NCBI GenBank assembly: GCA_002269645.1
Contig: NIVC01000692.1
Coordinates: 1 to 64,000, forward strand
Reading direction: 5' to 3'
DNA length: 64,000 nucleotides
DNA from: Macrostomum lignano
Lineage: Eukaryota
The position numbers and the translations under genes were made by a program. The notes under the pieces are model-generated. The model did not search any database and had not been told where the DNA came from. It saw nothing but the letters and a program-made list of their open reading frames with translations. Numbering within the stretch: position 1 is the first letter of the stretch; each line of letters begins with the position of its first letter. Positions 22,801-33,185 of this stretch are shown here, in pieces.

Positions 22801-24863
22801 AATTCATTGTGCGCCACGGTATATAGGACGCAACACTCGAAATCTATGGTAAATGTTTTGAAGGCCTCATCATCTCTGTTACACATATTGTTACAGTCAG
22901 CTAAGAATGACAAAATGGATTCATAAACCAATGAGCTGAGCCGTGCCATTTTAATGATTTTTAGGCACAGGAGAAATGCAAATGTACTTAGAATAAGAAT
23001 TGAACATTTGAATCCTAATTTTCTGAACGAAAAGCTTTATGAATATCAATAGAGCTATAAGGAAGGCACAACATATCAAAAGATGAACACTGGGTCTGCC
23101 TCCTATCGAAAGCAATAACAATTTTTGTGCTGAAAAATTAAAACCTCCAATCTCTGTAGTGTATTTTTGGGCGAAAAGTGGCCTTCAAAACATTTACCAT
23201 AGATTTCGAGTGTTGCGTCCTTCTACTAAAGTTGTCCTTGGTATTAGAATTATCTGTCTGGAGTGGAGTAGCTGGTCAATATTTCGTGGAATGCTTAGTA
23301 AGTCAATCCGATAGTGACTCGATAGCAACTGCAGGTCAATTTTTTAATTTCATCAGGTGTTGCAGCAGAGAGTCACGTTATGACAGGCAGGATTTTTAAT
23401 TTCGCTGGTAATTACTTGCTAAGCTAATGCATTCCGCGAGCAAATCACTAGTGGGAAATTTCACTCGCGGGGCAATTCACTTGCGATAAACTCTCATTGA
23501 CCCAAATTTCTTACCTATTAAGTACTCGTAGGAATTCAGTTCTTTTTAACCTTGTTAAATATGTTTCCCCCGAAAACTGGGATTTGAACAAGAAGTCACC
23601 AGTACCGGTAGGCAAGCGTTCGAATCTACAGTGTGCAACTCTTTGTGCAACACAATAAAAGATTCGCTTTGCAGTCCTTTCCTACTACTCGTTAGTAGGG
23701 CGATCTGTTGTAACCTTAATAAGCTCGGTTCTGTATAAGCTTATCCTGCTAGTGCATACACAAAACTTCATTCCATTTTTGAGAACACGGAAAGCATAGA
23801 CGAATGCGTGATGAAAATGATAGCTACGTGGCAAGGAAAAAAACGTTTGAAAGCCACTTGAATAACACGGGAGCTCTGCCTAGTAAATCTACTGATCTTG
23901 ATAGAATAGGGAAAATGGATGTGACCGGTCGGTTTCCCCATCCGGATGGTCTTATCTAAAACTCCTTGTATCGCTCGCATGCAGACTAAGAATTCGTACG
24001 CCCCCGACTACCTCCTCCAGACCCTGTCCACACAGCAGCTGCTGCACATGGTGGTGCAGATCGGCAAGGGTCTGGCCTATCTGCACCGCATGCAAGTGGT
24101 GCACAGGGATCTCGCCTGTCGCAACTGCGTGTGAGGATTTTTTAGAGCTTTTTATAACAAAGTGCGTCCATTGCTAGAGCTTGCTCCTGGCCACCCTCCG
24201 CAGCCTGACGGCGGACGGCACGGTGCGCATCGGGGACGCGGCCCTGGCCAAGGACCTGTTCCCGGCGGACTACGAGTGCACAGGGGACGGCGACAGCCGA
24301 CCAGTCAAGTGGCTGTCCGTCGAAGCCCTGATCGAGCAAAAGTTCTCGCCAGCCTCCGACATTTGGTCGCTGGGAGTGACGCTTTGGGAGCTCATCACCA
24401 GGTGCCATCAGCCGTACAGTCGAGTTGACCCGCTGGAGATGGGCCGCCATCTGCGCCAAGGCTTCAGATTGACGAAGCCTATCAACTGTCCGGACCAGCT
24501 GTGAGGTTTATTCTCTATTTCAAGTAGTCAGAATCGAACTTGAGGCACATCTTCTATTTAAGTTCGCAGAAAATGCAAAATGTACTTAGTCAAATAAACA
24601 CACCGTCTGTCGTCTCAATAACACGATGGAAAGATGTGGAGCCATCAGGCAAAATGTACTTAGTCAAATAAACACACCGTCTGTCGTCTCAATAACACGA
24701 TGGAAAGATGTGGAGCCATCAGGCTGTGTCGATGGTTTTAACACATTTCAGATTCTCCATCATGCATAGCTGCTGGCATTATCGACCGGACTGCCGGCCT
24801 CGACTGAAGCAACTTCAAGCGGCGCTTGCGGGATTTCATGACACGATAAGCGTCTATGTATGA
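13846..24863 (+). CDS. RYK: RYK/Derailed-family receptor tyrosine pseudokinase (signal peptide, WIF domain, TM helix, kinase-like domain, PDZ-binding C-terminus); 11 exons
   Basis: Exons ~13846-13955, 15078-15228, 15482-15581, 16862-17026, 17472-17819, 18640-18765, 18857(or 18812)-18961, 21173-21372, 24021-24130, 24204-24500, 24752-24863, with compatible phases. WIF motifs LDLYV..VFYVFNGTVNKYALGFSISVP..LPCTG..RRRKLC; TM LLLPLLFVLLVALLAAAAVTYLLL; RYK-type kinase motifs MEGCYG, VLIKTV, GNLKL, HRDLACRNC, DAALAKDLFPADYEC, RPVKW, PINCPDQL; C-terminus ISVYV* (vertebrate RYK ends ..AYV). Confidence 0.93.
14025..15060. repeat. Purine-rich minisatellite (acactaggacagacac family) filling RYK intron 1
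   Basis: Dozens of variants of aaacactagga(c/t)ag(a/g)cac in higher-order blocks. Confidence 0.9.
15604..16545. repeat. 16-bp minisatellite (ctgaggta-ctgaggga)n in RYK intron 3
   Basis: Near-perfect alternation of two octamers ~15660-16345, degenerate flanks. Confidence 0.95.
17028..17330 (+). repeat. 20-bp G-rich minisatellite (gggaagggaactggggtggt)n in RYK intron 4
   Basis: ~15 near-perfect copies starting immediately after the splice donor at 17027. Confidence 0.95.
17900..18595. repeat. 20-bp minisatellite (gtagatgtctaaggctcaga)n, split by a SINE
   Basis: ~11 near-perfect copies 18375-18590; degenerate copies 17900-18045 on the other side of the SINE. Confidence 0.9.
18055..18361 (-). 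mobile_element. tRNA-derived SINE with CORE-like central domain
   Basis: Minus strand begins GGGCTGTAGTCTAGTGATTAGAGCGTCGGACTCACGATTTAAAGGTCGGGGGTTCCATTCTC (Pol III A/B-box-like tRNA head), followed by gtgtccttgagcaagacac...ttcagttcacccagctgtaaaatggg, resembling the MIR/CORE-SINE domain, and ending in a (TTA)n tail. Confidence 0.75.
19095..19860. repeat. 14-15 bp minisatellite (ccaattccagcacc / cagattccagccacc) in RYK intron 7
   Basis: Directly visible tandem variants; explains ORFs 19096-19875 and 19143-19982. Confidence 0.92.
20725..21075. repeat. ~33-bp minisatellite (cacaggtgtgctcactctggccctgtatgaaag) with a second variant (..cactaggtcctgaagacaag)
   Basis: ~10 tandem copies of two alternating unit types. 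Confidence 0.9.
21455..22819 (+). mobile_element. Decayed Tc1/mariner DNA transposon (~1.37 kb) in RYK intron 8
   Basis: TA|CAGTGGCGCACAATGAATTA ... TAATTCATTGTGCGCCACGG|TA (20-bp TIRs with one mismatch, TA target duplication). Frameshifted transposase pieces MGKGRALSPES.., TVRRRLVAAGLQGRIARKKPFIS, SDESKF-like, FQQDNHPKQTS, WPAQSPDLNPIK (the DD34E catalytic Glu reads Lys). Confidence 0.92.
22825..23221. mobile_element. Non-autonomous MITE-like element with >=42-bp terminal inverted repeats
   Basis: aggacgcaacactcgaaatctatggtaaatgttttgaaggcc at 22825-22866 and its exact reverse complement at ~23180-23221; AT-rich non-coding interior. Confidence 0.8.
24575..24724. repeat. Perfect 74-bp tandem duplication in the last RYK intron
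   Basis: gcaaaatgtacttagtcaaataaacacaccgtctgtcgtctcaataacacgatggaaagatgtggagccatcagg occurs twice head-to-tail. Confidence 0.9.
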
Positions 24864-24870
24864 GAGGGTA

Positions 24871-25195
24871 GGAACTGAGCTGGTGGGAGATGCTGTGCGA
24901 CATCAGAAGAGGAACTGAGCTGGTGGGAGATGCTGTGCGACATCAGGGGAGGAACTGAGCTGGTGGGAGATGCTGTGCGACATCAGAAGAGGAACGAGCT
25001 GGTGGGAGATGCTGTGCGACATCAGAAGAGGAACTGAGCTGGTGGGAGATGCTGTGCGACATCAGAGGAGGAACTGAGCTGGTGGGAGATGCTGTGCGAC
25101 ATCAGAAGAGGAACGAGCTGGTGGGAGATGCTGTGCGACATCAGGGGAGATACTGAGCTGGTGGGAGATGCTGTGCGACATCAGGGGAGGAACTA
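24871..25195. repeat. 40-bp minisatellite (ggaactgagctggtgggagatgctgtgcgacatcagaaga) x~8 immediately after the RYK stop codon
   Basis: Head-to-tail copies with only 1-4 variable bases; no spacers. Confidence 0.92.
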
Positions 25196-25579
25196 AGAAG
25201 AGCTACAAGAGAAGAAAATGTGTATTCTTTATCAATTCCGCATGGCATCTTTGTTGGTAAATTTGTAACATATTCTTATTAGAATTGAAATAGAAAATAG
25301 AAAAAAGGTAAAAACCAATTCTTATGGTTTAGTCAGTACGAGCTGCTTATCAACTGCAGCAGCTTACTGGTGTTTGTAGCAGAAATCGCTGTACTATAGT
25401 TTATTCAAAACCAGGGAGACTTTATCAAGTAAAGTCGACTGAACTCGCAAATCGGAGCATTTAAAACTGACTAGCAAACTCTCGGGTCCAACATCCTAAG
25501 GAAGGGGATTCAGCAGTTTATGCAGTGGCGTACGGGCATTCGCAGTTTGACCCACAATACGGACTCTGAACAGCATTGG

Positions 25580-26706
25580 CTACAACTGGTCGATGGTGTG
25601 GGCGATGATGGACTGCAGCCGATTGGCGGCCAGCTTGCTGGCCTTGAGCACCTCCAGGTGCACGCCGGTCTGGTCAAGCTCCGAGTCCGAGTCGGTAACC
25701 ACCACGTTGGTGATGATGGAGAAGCCGATGACGCGGACTTTGCACTGCCTGGCCACGATGGTCTCGTGCACGGTGCTCATGCCGACCACGTCCGCGCCCA
25801 GACTGCGCAGCATTCGGCACTCAGCCGGAGTCTCGAAGTGCGGCCCGCCCAGCATAGCGTAGACACCGGTGCGGAGCGACACTCCGCTGGCTGCGGCTGC
25901 GGCTGCCACCTGCGGGAAAGCGGGACGGTGCACGGCGGCCGTGTCAGTCAATTGAGTTGTTTATGGTCATTCCCACATCGGTAGTAGATTCAGAGCTCAA
26001 GACAGAGACAGCGACTAAGTAAGTTTCGAATAATAGCGACTTATTTATCCGTGAATAGTATTTGACCTTCAAACGTTAGGATCCGATGTTGAGAACACTT
26101 TCCTTCAGTTGAATTCTGTGAACATGCTACGGTAAAGTGGGCTCCCAAAAAATCACCGTAGGGTCGCAGTCCTCTCACCTTGTCCCGCAGCTTCTTATCG
26201 TACGCATTATTCATCGGCACAAATCGGTCGCCGAACACCTCCGGGCTGAGGCCCTGCAACGGGCTGCGTCCGGAGAAGCCGGGAAAATTAATGTGATCCC
26301 GGATGGTCATGATGTCGCCTGGCTGGAACTCAGGCCGCAGTGAGCCGGCCGCGTTGGTCAAGATGACCACCGACACGCCCAGCTTGGCCATCACCCGCAT
26401 CGGGAAGGAGCACTGCAGGTAGGTGAGGCCCTCGTAGGGATGAAGCCGGCCCTGCATGACGCAGACCCGCCTGCCGGCCAGCCGACCGAGCACCAGCACG
26501 CCGGAGTGGCCGTGCACCGTGCTCTGCGCGAAATGCGGGATGTCGCCATAGCGGATGCGCACAGCCGGCTCCTCGACGCTGTCGGCCAGTTCACCCAGGC
26601 CAGAGCCGCAGACGATCCCGATCTCCGGCTGCTCCGAGTAGCGGGCGCGCACAAAGTCTGTCGCTTCAGTGATCATCTCCATGGTGACCGTGCACGGGGC
26701 TGCCAT
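25580..26706 (-). CDS. PNP: Purine nucleoside phosphorylase (trimeric PNP family), 2 exons
   Basis: Exons 26706-26179 and 25909-25580 (GT-AG, phase 0). Motifs GIVCGSGLG, GRLHPYEG, LTNAAG, DHINFPG, GPHFETPAE, VGMSTVHE, SIITN (catalytic Asn); ~285 aa. Confidence 0.96.
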
Positions 26707-28884
26707 AGCGACGGGATCTGAGGGGTGAATGAGGAGTTCTAAAGGGAGAGTCTAGCTAGTTAGCCCAGGTTTGCAGGGAGAATTGGGCGCTGCTGAAAAT
26801 CAAAACGGCAGTCATCCAGCAGCCAAAGAGGAGGCGAGCAGTCATGCCCGATCCGCTGACCCTGACGCTCACGCACTCACATAGGCTGCACCTCTCGGCA
26901 AAATTAACGTGGCTGCATGTGGAGGCGAGCTCTTCAAAGCTAGAGTTGCGCACAAGACGGTTGCAGGCAAGAATGGTGTGTAAGCTCCTACATTGATTCT
27001 GAATGTCTTTAGTGTACATCCTAATGTACTCAACTGACTGTATTATTAGAGTTGGCTTTTGAATATCCCCTTCGAGGACCATTAATTGGTAGTCCTTGGC
27101 GTGAGCCCTAGGTTTAAATGGATGCTATTCCGCCTATTGTCACAGCCAATGGGAGCGAAGTAAATAAAATGAGGATATAATTTTGGCTATGCAGACAAGC
27201 CATATCTGTTCTCTTATCTACTTAGAATATAGGAGAGACTTGGACGTGATTAGTTTTACGTATTCATGTTTCAAAATTCTTAGCCACGATTTGCTCTCCT
27301 CCTACTAATTACATCGAACACACCTTGGCTCATTATTTGAACTCACGAGCTCACCCATGAACTCACTGATTAACTCACTCAAGACCACATTCAGAGAATC
27401 AATCAACTCGCCTCGTACCTGTTTGAAGCTAGTGAAAACAACTGCTTTATAAGCTTGCCTTGGTCGCTTTAAATCGGTTGGGCAGCGCCGCGGAAATGCT
27501 GAGAAACTGAAACACTGGTCGGGTGCGCTATTGTGAACTCCGCTCGCTGCACCGCTTATATTGGCTGCAGCGGGGGGCATAACAGCCAGAGAAGCGGCGT
27601 TATCTGGTCTTCCTTATCTGTGAGGCCCAACGGCCGGCCTGACTCATTCCAGCTGGTCCGAGGAGGCCGTCAACAAGAATCTAGAGTAGCAACTCCTCGC
27701 GTTTCTACAAGAAAATGCCAAAATTTGCCTCTATTTGTCGGATAATGAGGAAAAGTTGTCACTCCAGATTCTAATTCAAGATCTCCTTGGCTGTTCACAC
27801 GTAGAACTGAAGGCTTTTCAAGCTTCTTAGCGGTGATAAGAGCCTCAACAGGCAATCTAGTTCTGTGCCAGATTGGCAGAAGGTGTGTCCGCAGAACCTG
27901 ATAGACACACTGCAGAACAGTGAGGCTAGAATGCTCTTTACCATTTAAAAGCAATATTGCGGTAAAGTTGCGCCCTTGATGAATAGTGAAAATAAGAATT
28001 TGAGCGCTATCACTTTTTGGTAAGCGACATGTTTCGCTTCGTGTCAGGCATCAGGCTCACATTCTTATCTTTACCACTCAACGATCTGTCAGCTTTTGAG
28101 ACACCACGTGTTCTCGTTTAGCTACCCTCAGCATTGCCAGACTGACTCGCCCTCGGTTTGGTCATCGAATCAGTATACGAGACCATGAGGTCAGACGGGT
28201 GTACACCCTGTGCGCACAGATCCGTGTGCGCAGGGGTTAGCGGGATGGCACGGCTGCTTGCCTCCTCGCCGACTAGGCAGCGGTTGCCAGACTGACTAAG
28301 ACTGACTAAAAAGGGGTGTCTACCACTCAATTCAGAGCTTGTTCAGCAAAGGCTGTGGCGTTATTGAAAATCTCAGCCCACATGAGTTCACATATGACCC
28401 GTATTTTCCCTATTATCACCCACTGCAGCTGAGGGAGATGAACAGGCGTAAAGAGAGAAAACATTCGCTGATTGTGTGCTCACTGCACTGCTGCCAGGTC
28501 AATTTTCTGACTAATTTGGCATCAACATTTTCAACCCCACAATCCGCAATACAAGAAAGAAGTTGTCCGTATGTATCATGTGATTGTAGTTTCTAACAAT
28601 CATTTAGTCTCACATTGCTGACTTGTATGCTAGCAAGAAGAGAAATCTATTGAAATCTCTTTTTTCGGTACTTCTATCCCGACTTTTTAAAGCTTGAAGT
28701 TTTGAATTTTATGCTGGCTAAAATAACCAAAACAAATAGAAAGTATTTAGAGTTTAGGCAGATTTAGACTCAAAGCAGATTTATTTCAACCAACCAGTCA
28801 GCATCGCCAACTCAGAATTCTACACCACCACCAGTATTGGAAGGCTAGCATTGAGAGAGTTCAATCCGGCAGTTTGGTGTCCGT

Positions 28885-30697
28885 TCACATGGGCGATCGG
28901 CTCTTCACGTTGTCCCTGTTCACCACGTTGAGATCGCGCAGCGTGACCGGCTTGCACAGGTTGCACTTCTTGGGGCACCTGGGCGCGTAGCTGCTGTAGC
29001 TGCAGATGGTGCTGTAGCTGCAGTAGTCGCTAGCGAGGGTGGAGTCGACGCACGGCTCTGCAAAGTTGCGGGGGCAGGACAGGGTTGGGGGTTGTCAGTC
29101 ATTTCACCACGAGCTCAATAAGTTTTTAGTAAGGGCCATAGTTTTAGACGCTGCCGCAGATCAAGACGACAGTGGAGCCGCAGCCAGCGAGGAAGCAGGC
29201 AATCATGCCCTGAGCACGCGCATACGTACGCAGGCACGCACTCACACAGAGTATACAGCGGCCCTGACGTTCACATGGTCAGGCATGTACACACAGCTTA
29301 TGCACAAGCCAACGGCTGAGCATCGAACCTTTGGCACATCAGCCGAGCCACTCCGTTCCCCCAGAGGCTTAGCTCCTAGATTCTACGGCAACTCACTCTC
29401 GCATTTGTTTCCGTAGAAGCCGTCCGGGCAGGTGCACTTGCAGTTGGCGGAGTCCAAAACGCCGCCGTTCAAGCAGCTCGAGATGCTGCAGGTGCAGTCG
29501 CCGGAGTTGCACTGGTCCTTGCGCATGCAGAGGCCGCGCTGCTTGAACACGTATTCGCCGTTGCACTGGCTGGCATCGTCGCCGCTCACGTATGGATATT
29601 CGCCATTGTAGTTGCCGCCTGTGGCGTAGTTGCACACAATGGTGTACGGGTAGTTGCTGCACCTGGAGACGCCGCAGCCAACCAATGTGGTCTTGGCCCA
29701 CACGACCTGGGTGTAATGGCCGCACACTGCCGAGCAAGACTTAGTAGCGAAGGTGTAATCCTTGTACTCGCGGAACCACAAGTCAACGTAGCTGTAACGG
29801 TGAGCAAAGTGAGTTAGCATACAAGTGCTCAATTCTGGAAATCATAATCTGACAACGTATTCTTGCAATATTGCACAAGACGCACTAGCTGAAGTTGCCG
29901 CTGTATCCGCCGGCCCAGTTCTGGCCAACCCAGCTATATCCGGTCAGGGCTCGGTCGGATCCGCTGTCATGTCCGGCCACGCACTGCTTCACCCAGTTGT
30001 TGGCGCTGTCCATCAGGCGGTCGTCCCACTCCTGCGAAGGAGAAAGGAAGGTGATTAGCGATAGCAGCTGGTTGCACCCACCAGGGCTGGTAATGATAGC
30101 AGAGGAATAGCTAGATAATAATAATATTTGCGGGAGGGCTTCTGGACAATTCTGTCACACCGCTAGGCTAAGCGCGTCAATACTGTGGGCAGGCACGCAC
30201 TCGTACACACGCTCACCCAGGGTGCACAGCGTCCTCGGACTTTCAAATCATCAGGCATTTACACTCTCTGAGCCTTGAAGGTTGGCACTGATTGGTGCGA
30301 ATCACACGATAGCCCCCCATTTTCGTGGACAAGCCCCAGCTTGCACGGCATTGAATCAGGATTCGTGACGCCAAGTGTCAGATGCGTTTACCGCTGAGGA
30401 GAACAGCCTAGCGAGGGAGGGAAGCGGCACTCACCAGAGCTGGCATATTGGCAGCCTTCGGCTGGTTCCCGACGAGACCCATCGCAGTCCGGGCCCTCAG
30501 CACGTTGTGCGCGTCCAGAATGGCCTGCTTCTGCTCGGCCGTCAGGGTCACCAGCTCGCCGCTGGCCATGGTTGACGTGGCAACCAAAGCCCAAATGAGA
30601 GCTGCAGACAAGTTTCGGTTTGAGCGCTGTTAGAGCAGATGAAGAGGAGGTGGTTCAGTCTGTCAGCCAGTTTATACTTACCGAACACAAAAGCCAT
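28885..30697 (-). CDS. Secreted CAP/SCP (CRISP/GLIPR/venom-allergen-like) protein with EGF-like and C-terminal ShKT domains, 5 exons
   Basis: Exons ~30697-30682, 30601-30435, 30031-29886, 29791-29397, 29057-28885, phase-compatible. Signal peptide MAFVFALIWALVATSTMASG; CAP motifs ILDAHNVLR, QPKAANM, WDDRL, GQNW, WFRE, CGHYTQVVWA, VGCG, IVCNY; EGF CLNGG..CKCTCPDGFYGNKCE; six-Cys ShKT CVDSTLASDYCSYSTICSYSSYAPRCPKKCNLC. Confidence 0.9.
30155..30345 (+). repeat. Dispersed ~200-bp repeat, copy 1 (CAP gene intron 2)
   Basis: ccgctaggctaagcgcgtcaatactgtgggcaggcacgcactcgtacacacgctcac...tcaggcatttacactctctgagccttg aligns to the reverse complement of 62325-62530; a weaker copy lies at ~29160-29340. Confidence 0.7.
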
Positions 30698-31637
30698 CGC
30701 CGTCGAATTGCTTGCGTAGAACCGGAGTCTGGGATCAGAAGTCGCTCAGAATGGACAATGCAAGACAATTCCGATCCGAAACGCACCTGTATATATAGTT
30801 TCTAAAGAGATTGTTGAACAGGATATTTGGCAGGCTGGAATTCTTGGCCCATCTTCTTCTAGGTGGTGGACTGACGCAGGAAATGAAAATTCGGGACTGC
30901 TTCCGCACCCACACGGCACGAAAACTTTTGTTTGCTGAGCGCCCACTTTCCATAAACTCTGAACGATAATTTCCGCCTGCAAGTCAAGGACAACTAGCTA
31001 GTAGGTAGGACGTTGCACTCTTTTACTTAAGAAGTCCTGTTGCTGCAGGTCGCACTCCAACTCAACAAAACTCCTCCTCTTCTGACGCGCGAGGTTATTA
31101 AAATTGTAATATTTGCAATCCGTGACACCATGCGCTTAGATTTTCCAATCCTGCTGGGATGCAATTAAGTGTAGAGAAACAGTTTTGTTACTAAATATTG
31201 ACTCTCAGCAAAAAAATCTCGCGCATTTTTCGAGGCTGTGTCAATGTTTTGTTAGCCCTGAACATTAAGATTGTTTCAGGGAAAACCGATCAGCTTTCTG
31301 ACTGATAGAAAGTAAAATCACCTTCAGCCTTGAGGTTCGCTCACACCGACGTCAAACTATTAAGCCAGTTTTTTCGTGATCACAACACACCATGAGCATC
31401 AGTCTTGAGAAACGGGGTTCGACCATAGACAATAGAAATCGCTCCCGAATTGGAAGTGATTTACCAGAGCGGCGCTTTCGCTGTCCGATCCTTCCATTGG
31501 ATCGGCAATGAGTGTACAATGAGTGTTATAACCGATGCGCCTTTGCCGCGATCAAGCAAAATAGATGTGTTAATAAAGTGAGCTTTCTCCGACTGATTTT
31601 ATCCAAGTAGTCGGTTGGATGTCGTCATCGATAACAG

Positions 31638-31930
31638 CAGGGGCGTCGCCACGTACTGGGGGGGGACATGTCCCCCCCCAGTAAAAGCTATGGCAGCCTT
31701 GTGACCCCTTGTGAAAATCAATAATTTTTTTCAGGGTGCAAAAATATAGCACATGTGGCACCAAAACGAGTGCCTGCTGCGCTAAAATGAGTGTCTGCGG
31801 CGCCAAAATAAATGCTGACAACACCGATTCTCAAAATAATGTACATGCAGGAATTTGGTAATTTACACGTACATGCAAAATTCTTGGCTTTGGCCCCCCC
31901 CCCACCATAAAATCCATGGCGACGCCCCTG
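31638..31930. mobile_element. hAT-superfamily MITE (293 bp)
   Basis: 14-bp TIRs CAGGGGCGTCGCCA / TGGCGACGCCCCTG, flanked by a perfect 8-bp TSD GATAACAG (31630-31637 and 31931-31938); internal G/C-run hairpin. Confidence 0.9.
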
Positions 31931-32940
31931 GATAACAGTGCTAGCATTGCGCTGTGCAACCGAGCACACAATGGATTCACGCTTATCAAAGCCTTGCACC
32001 CTAGTGGTCTGGTAGGTTGTCATTTGAGTATGGCAGCAACTTTACGACACAGTATTTTTACCGAATTCATTAGACTCTCTGGAAGGCGCTCAGTACAAGT
32101 GAGTCACCACGGTGGATTCCAGTGGATGCAACTGATCCAGTCTCTAGTTGGTTTCCAAAAATTGAGTACGCAAACTTAGAAGTTTCTGTTAACCACTTAA
32201 AGCAATCAAGCAATTAGCTTTCAACTTCCTCGAGCAATGAAGCGCTGGAAGTTCTGACAGACAGAGCAGCCTGGAAATTGGTCCGGCAGGCTTGGAACTT
32301 ACACATCTTCATGGACATCTACATGGTCGCCGTATTTATTTCATCATCTAAGACTTACTGCGTATTGCTGTGGATTAGTGATTCTTTCGAAAATAATCCT
32401 TTTGGATTTCTCGAGTGTTATGCACTCAAGCTTCAGAGGAAGTTCAACAATGACTGATAAAGCTAAAACACTGACTGATAAAGTTGCTAAGCAATCCACT
32501 TTCTTTACGGGCCCGGCTCTAAATGCCCATAATTATCACGCTAAGCCAGAAGGTTTCGGACTTACATAATAACATTTTACTATTAGCAATAGATACAATA
32601 TAAAAAGCAGTGTTTTACATCATGGCAAACCAAACATATTCTTGTACATGTACATTAATTTTCACTGCTACAGTTAGTAAGCTCAGAATTTACTCGTACT
32701 TGTTGGTTAACTTACATTTAAACACCCAGCCAAACATCCGGTTTTACAGGCAAAAAATTAAGCTTAAAGCATTATTAGCAAGCAGTGATCATCATTTTCA
32801 TTGCGACTCAACCCAACGGTTTCTAAATCAGTCTGAATTATTCTCAAACTTATTAGACATGGATTAGAAAAGTAAGGAAACCTAAAGAAAGCACAGAAAA
32901 TGCCAAATCGTACACTTAAATGGTTCACGAACTAGTACTA

Positions 32941-33130
32941 TAATCTACCCTACTGTACTCCAATCTACCCTACTGTACTCCAATCTACCCTACTGTACTC
33001 CAATCTACCCTACTGTACTCCAATCTACCCTACTGTACTCCAATCTACCCTACTGTACTCCAATCTACCCTACTGTACTCCATTCTACCCTACTGTACTC
33101 CATTCTACTCTACTGTACTCCAATCCAACC
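32941..33130. repeat. 20-bp minisatellite (caatctaccctactgtactc) x~9 just downstream of JMJD5
   Basis: Direct tandem copies. Confidence 0.92.
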
Positions 33131-33185
33131 CACACAACTGCCGGGTTGGTCAGAAGCTATCGCAAGCCAGAGCTGCAGGTCCAAC

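Noticed and set aside
24871-25195. CRISPR-like appearance of the 40-bp direct repeats
   Set aside because: Units are head-to-tail with no unique spacers, there are no cas genes, and the context is eukaryotic.
27670-27954. 94-aa minus-strand ORF (MLLNGKEHSS..)
   Set aside because: No recognisable motif or convincing splice partners; cannot be supported without homology data.
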